A stretch of DNA of 64,000 bases, taken from assembly GCA_964016885.1 (NCBI GenBank), contig OZ024741.1, forward strand, positions 2,604,001-2,668,000, in the 5' to 3' direction. Shown one piece after another: positions 56,902-64,000 of the stretch. The DNA comes from Eledone cirrhosa. Taxonomy: Eukaryota. The notes beneath the pieces were generated by a model. The model saw nothing but the letters and a program-made list of their open reading frames with translations, made no database searches and was not told the DNA's origin. The position numbers and the translations under genes were made by a program. Every line of letters begins with the position of its first letter. The first letter of the stretch is position 1.

Positions 56902-58997
56902 ATGCAGAAACAACATCTGAATATTTCTACAAAGAACATACCCGTACCAAGCAGGAAAACATACCTAAAACTCCTGATACAGAAAACAGACGCGTTCATT
57001 AAAAGGTTGCGTTGGCGTGCCTTTTATTTCGATAATCTGCGAAAAGCAGACAACAAACAGGATAAATTTGGATTTAAAACCTATAATAACCCTCCGTGGA
57101 ACCCAGCATTGCTACCCTTCGAAAATGATGTCTTAGAACTCATTCGGAGCAAGACCTGAAGAATAGAATTCGTTCTATTAAGGATTCTAACGCCGTGCAC
57201 GTCCATTCCGACAAAACTGGCAACCTATATCAAGTGTAGCGCAGTACTTACCATCAACTACTACATAATGCTGTAACTAAGGATTACCGTAAAACTAATC
57301 GGTGCGTCATCAATGAAATCAACGATGCTGGGTTTAAAATCACATCTGATCTCACCATCCTGGACCGGACCGAACCTCTGGACCCTATCTCTCCCCACTT
57401 TACCCTGAAGGATCACAAATCCAATTTTCCGAACAACCCCTCTATTCGGCTTATTAACCCTACGAAGTCCGATTTAGGTAGACTTAGTAAAACGATTCTT
57501 GATAGAATTATACCTGAAATTAGAAGTTTGGCCCCTCTCGCACTGTGGAACAATTCTTTCGCGGTGATTGATTGGTTCAACGGCATATGTAACAAGGAAC
57601 ATTGCCGTTTTATCCAATTCGACATTAACAATTACTACTCCTCCATCACTTTACCACTTCTCCTTAGAGCTATCAATTTCGCTAAAACACTCACAGTGGT
57701 TAAGGATTTCGAAGTTGATGTCATCCTTAATGCCCGAAAGTCGGTGATTAATTTCGACGACTCTATTTGGATTAAAAAATCCAATAGTACCCCATTCGAC
57801 GTGAGTATGGGCGCCAGTGACTCTGCGGAGGTTACTGATCTTATTGGCCTTTTCCTTCTTTTCTCTATCAAGGACGAATTCCCCAACGCGGGCGGTGGTT
57901 TGTACCGTGACGATGGTCTTTTGACCATGACTAAGTGCGGACCTCGTGCTTGCGACAGGTTCAGAAAAGAACTTACAGCCTTCTTTAAAGGCTTCAACCT
58001 CTCTATACAGGTTGAGGCCAATCTCTCGGTCGTTAACTACCTCGACGTTACCCTTAATTTATTGAATGGGTTGTATTACCCGTATAGAATGCCGAATGAT
58101 ACGCTTAATTACATAAGTAAGCATTCCAACCATCCTGCCAGCATAACCAAGAACCTGGTAAAAAACGTTTCGTTGAGGCTTTCCCGTCTTTCCACCAACG
58201 AGCGCATTTTCAACGACCATTCCACTTACTACAATGAAGCTCTTGCTCGAAGTGGCTTTGTTGATAAGGTAGCATATACAGAGTACGAAAATAGACCTAG
58301 AAGAAATAGATCCCGTCGCATTTGTTGGTTTAACCCACCATATAATATGGAGGTGGCCACACCATTAGCTAAGATCTTTCTTTCCCTTATTACGAAGCAT
58401 TTTCCCCCTACACATAAATGTAGTAAAATTTTTAATAGAAATACTATTAAAATTTCTTACTCAACGACTCCTAACCTTGCACATAACATCACAGCTTCAA
58501 ATTTAGCTAAACTACCTAGCCGTAGGAACACGTGCAACCCTGTAGTTAATACTAACTGTAATTGTAGGAATCGGGCTGATTGCCCCCTATCCGGAAAATG
58601 CCTCTCTAGTAACATTGTCTACAAATGTAAGGTTGTAACGCCCACGTCCCGTAGGGCCTACATAGAGTTAACCGCCAATAGTTTCAAGCAGCGTCTTTAC
58701 ATGCATACCCATTCTTTTCGTTACCCTCTAAGAAGGAATATGACGTCACTTTCAGCTTATATCTGGAGTCTAAAAGACAACCACACCCAATATAAGTTAC
58801 ACTGGGAGATCCTAGCTAGGGCTAGATCGTATAACGGAAATAAAAGACCATGTGACCTCTGCGCCGCTGACGCCCTGGAAATACTCTACGCCACGGACCA
58901 CATCTTAAACAAAAAATCTGTGGCAATTTCGGCTTGTAAACATAAATTGTACAAAACTTTCCTGTATTACAGCCCCACGTTATACCCTAACCGATAG
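56902..58997 (+). pseudogene. PLE reverse transcriptase plus GIY-YIG endonuclease, disrupted
   Basis: SDKTGNLY, TLKDHK..RLINP, QFDINNYY, SMGASDS, LYRDDGL, YLDV, CNCRNRADC, NIVYKC..YIE, CDLC; frameshift at about 57150, TAG at 57237-57239, and YIG changed to YIE. Confidence 0.93.
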
Positions 58998-59900
58998 CAC
59001 GATCTATACGTGGATATTTTACGTCTTGAATTGGGAGTTAAGTATATGTTAGTTTTGTTTATTCCTTTACTTATTTGCATAGGTAAGTATATATTACCCG
59101 TATGTTTTGTGAAGGTATGTATACATTCTCGTACGTATATTTGACTGTTATGGCGTATAATTTTTACATATTCTGGTATTTAGGGTTTGGCTATGTGTAT
59201 ACGGGAGTTTTGCGTCTGCGTGAGTATGCAAGTTCGTACGTATGGTGGGTGTGTGTATATGTGTACTTCTTGTTTAATTGAATTACGTCTCCGAACATTC
59301 GTGTATTTATATGTAGGTATGTGTGTGCGCTTGTTATATACGTATTTATTTACTTATATACGTTTATATAATTATTTATTTAAGCATACACACACACACA
59401 TATTTATATGTGCGTGGTTTTGTATACCTATGGTAAGGTTTTGCGTATGCTTGTGTATGTACGTATCTGTTTGCGTGTATGTATTTATTTGTTTCTATTA
59501 CTTCTGTATTGTATTTATTTACTTTGTTCTTAACTCTGTAGAGGAGATTCATTTGGTCTCCTAGTTAGAATTTTAGTCTATAACTTCTGCTTTACCATTT
59601 ACGTGGTTTTGTCTTTGCGTGCTATTGTTCTCCACGGTCCACATATGACTTATTATCTTCGTTTTTTCGTTCATTGCCAGAGAACGTCTCTATGCACCAC
59701 CTAAGAGAACATTAGTCTACGACCTCTTTTATACCATAAACGTGGTTCTGCTTTGCGCGTAATTGTTTTCACCGCTCCTATTAATGAAGTATTATTTGTT
59801 TTTTCCCGTTCTTTGCCAGCGAACGTCCCCACGAACCAAAATATCGTTTTCCTGTCTTCCTCCGGTTGCAACGTTTTTTTAAATATCCACTTCTGCGTTT

Positions 59901-59976
59901 ACAGATTGACTTTGTTAGTTTCAGAAGATCCCGTTGAGGGTGAAAGCAGAGATTCTTTGCTTAAACTTTAATCTGT
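59901..59976 (+). ncRNA. type I hammerhead-like motif with CAGAAGA core (PLE-1 pLTR), predicted cleavage after 59962
   Basis: ACAGATTGA-bulge-AGTTT-CAGAAGA-T-CCC..GGG-T-GAAA-GCA..TGC-TT-AAACT-TTAATCTGT; three stems pair, and stem I is extended and bulged. Confidence 0.72.
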
Positions 59977-59990
59977 TATTTTAATAAATA

Positions 59991-61760
<1,770 letters not shown>

Positions 61761-62004
61761 GTTATAATAATCAATTTGAAGACTAAAATCCAAAGAGGCT
61801 TCGATAAGGATAAATATATATCAAATATATAAGAACCGTAGGGCAAATATTTATTAAAATAACAGATTAAAGTTTAACCAAAGAATCGCTGCTTTCACCC
61901 TTAACGGGATCTTCTAAAACTAACCCTGGCTAGTTTCAGAAGATCCCGTTAAGGGTGAAAGCAGCGATTCTTTGCTTAAACTTTAATCTGTTATTTTAAT
62001 AAAT
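61761..62004. mobile_element. PLE-1 family solo fold-back: inverted pLTR plus tail, then direct pLTR with HHR-like core at 61937-61943
   Basis: Arms about 61849-61922 and 61931-62004; 61775-61850 is the reverse complement of the PLE-1 5'UTR. Confidence 0.88.
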
Positions 62005-62005
62005 A

Positions 62006-62068
<63 letters not shown>

Positions 62069-62260
62069 ATATATATATATATGATATATATATATATGAT
62101 ATATATATATATATATATGATATATAAATATATATATATATATATGATATATATATATATATGATACATATATATATATATGATATATATATATATATAT
62201 ATGAAATATATATATATATATATGATATATATATATATATATGATATATATATATATGTA

Positions 62261-62334
<74 letters not shown>

Positions 62335-62381
62335 ATATATATATATATATATATGTAAGCTATATATATATATATGTAAGC

Positions 62382-62418
<37 letters not shown>

Positions 62419-62466
62419 GTATGATATATATATATATTTATATATATATATATAGGAACCAGTAAG

Positions 62467-62560
62467 ACCCCGACAGCTGAGCTCAAGCCGTTTCGACGGC
62501 TAATTCTGGACTAAATGAAAATTTATCCTGGTATTTAAATAGCCGATCTTCTCAAGGGGT
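62467..62560 (-). ncRNA. type I hammerhead ribozyme (U3-A8 variant), left arm
   Basis: Reverse complement of 63066-63159. Confidence 0.82.
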
Positions 62561-63065
62561 AATTCCATATATGGTCAAAGTGATTGTCAAAAATCAGTAG
62601 TAATTCTGTGGTTGCAAATTAGTAGGGGAGATGGTGGCTAAACCTGCCAGTAGGAGAAAGAGGGGAGGGGGTAGAGTAGCCCCAATCAAGCGTTTGTAGT
62701 GCCAGCTACAGCTGTGCATGAGGTCAAAGAAGATACAAAGTCCTTCTACCCCAGCTCTTCTCCTTTGTCGGCGTCTTTTCTCGCCCACCCGAGGCTGCCC
62801 TTTGGCCCCTTGTAGCCTTAGTACCTCCACCCCCTCCCCTAGTCTAGAATAGATTTGGCGGGGTAGAAGAGCTGGGGTAGAAGGACTTTGTATCTTCGTT
62901 GACCTCATGCCCAGCTGTAGCTGGCACTACAAACGCTTGATTGGGGCTACTCCACCCCCTCCCCTCTTTCTCCTACTGGCAGGTTTAGCCACCATCTCCC
63001 CTACTAATTTGCAACCACAGAATTACTACTGATTTTTGCCAATCACTTTGACCATATATGGAATT

Positions 63066-63159
63066 ACCCCTTGAGAAGATCGGCTACTTAAATACCAGGA
63101 TAAATTTTCATTTAGTCCAGAATTAGCCGTCGAAACGGCTTGAGCTCAGCTGTCGGGGT
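63066..63159 (+). ncRNA. type I hammerhead ribozyme (U3-A8 variant), predicted cleavage after 63154
   Basis: ACCCC-TTGAGAA-GATCGGCTA...TAGCCGTC-GAAA-CGGCT-TGAGCTC-AGCTG-TC-GGGGT. Confidence 0.85.
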
Positions 63160-63250
63160 CTTACTGGTTCCTATTACCCACTCTACTACCTCAAGTATTG
63201 AGTACTTTGGTGCGTTATGGTCCACCTGGTTCCTTACCACATTTCCTTCG

Positions 63251-63253
<3 letters not shown>

Positions 63254-63285
<32 letters not shown>

Positions 63286-63346
63286 ATATATATAAATATA
63301 TGTATGATATATATATATATATATATATATGTATGATATATATGTA

Positions 63347-63382
<36 letters not shown>

Positions 63383-63414
63383 TATATATATATATATCAT
63401 ATATATATATATAT

Positions 63415-63451
<37 letters not shown>

Positions 63452-63452
63452 A

Positions 63453-63519
<67 letters not shown>

Positions 63520-63569
63520 TGTATGATATATATATATATATATGTATGATATATATATATATATATGTA

Positions 63570-63640
<71 letters not shown>

Positions 63641-63670
63641 GATATATATATATATATATATATATGTATG

Positions 63671-63702
<32 letters not shown>

Positions 63703-63770
63703 GATATATATATATATATATATATGTATGATATATATATATATATGTATGATATATATATATATATGTA

Positions 63771-63809
<39 letters not shown>

Positions 63810-63952
63810 ATATATATATATATGTGTGTGATATATATATATGTATGATATATATATATATATATGATATTGACATATATATACGTATGATATATATATA
63901 TATATATATATATGCATGATATATATATATGTATGATATATATATATATGTA

Positions 63953-63993
<41 letters not shown>

Positions 63994-64000
63994 ATATATA
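63254..64000. repeat. interrupted (TA)n/TGTATGA microsatellite, open at the window end
   Basis: Direct reading. Confidence 0.95.

Larger units (their letters stand above)
56701..59990 (+). mobile_element. near full-length Penelope-like element PLE-1 (Hydra-clade-like) with inverted and direct partial 5' pseudo-LTR
   Basis: 5' hairpin 56701-56731 / 56739-56770 copies the 3' end 59959-59990; RT-EN ORF; ~1-kb 3'UTR; TA-rich flanks. Confidence 0.93.
62453..63253 (+). mobile_element. family C long fold-back insertion (308-bp arms, 105-bp spacer, 80-bp tail)
   Basis: 62453-62760 is the reverse complement of 62866-63173 with about 5 mismatches; TA-repeat flanks. Confidence 0.9.

Noticed and set aside
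57157-57159. In-frame TGA as a selenocysteine codon (as in some Naiad PLEs)
   Set aside because: Homology continues in a different frame from about 57153 and the next stop is TAG, so this is a frameshift lesion rather than recoding.

Overview
This is AT-rich, repeat-saturated animal DNA; the SINE types suggest a cephalopod such as Octopus (inference). No host protein-coding gene is supported. Positions 1-32.5 kb are one 19-bp satellite (CAGTGTATAGGTGTAAGGA) with higher-order duplications, and its ORFs are artefacts. Positions 33-64 kb hold (TA)n-targeted retroelements. There are three decayed Penelope-like elements (RT plus C-terminal GIY-YIG, CxCx5C linker, Hydra-clade-like), each with a 3' type I hammerhead ribozyme (HHR). 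There are also several non-coding HHR-bearing families, including a near-perfect 591-bp tandem array with an inverted partial copy (retrozyme-like) and a 720-bp palindromic insertion. The HHRs include U3-A8 covariant cores and a recurrent CAGANGA (U4A) core. The most novel signal is a shared bulged hairpin, CTC-[stem-loop]-TY-GAG, located 4-11 nt past the 3' integration end in six otherwise dissimilar families; it is a candidate RT recognition/priming element. Other content includes tRNA-derived SINEs, a CR1 fragment, Helitron ends, MITEs and mini/microsatellites. All RNA structures were paired by eye and none was computed.
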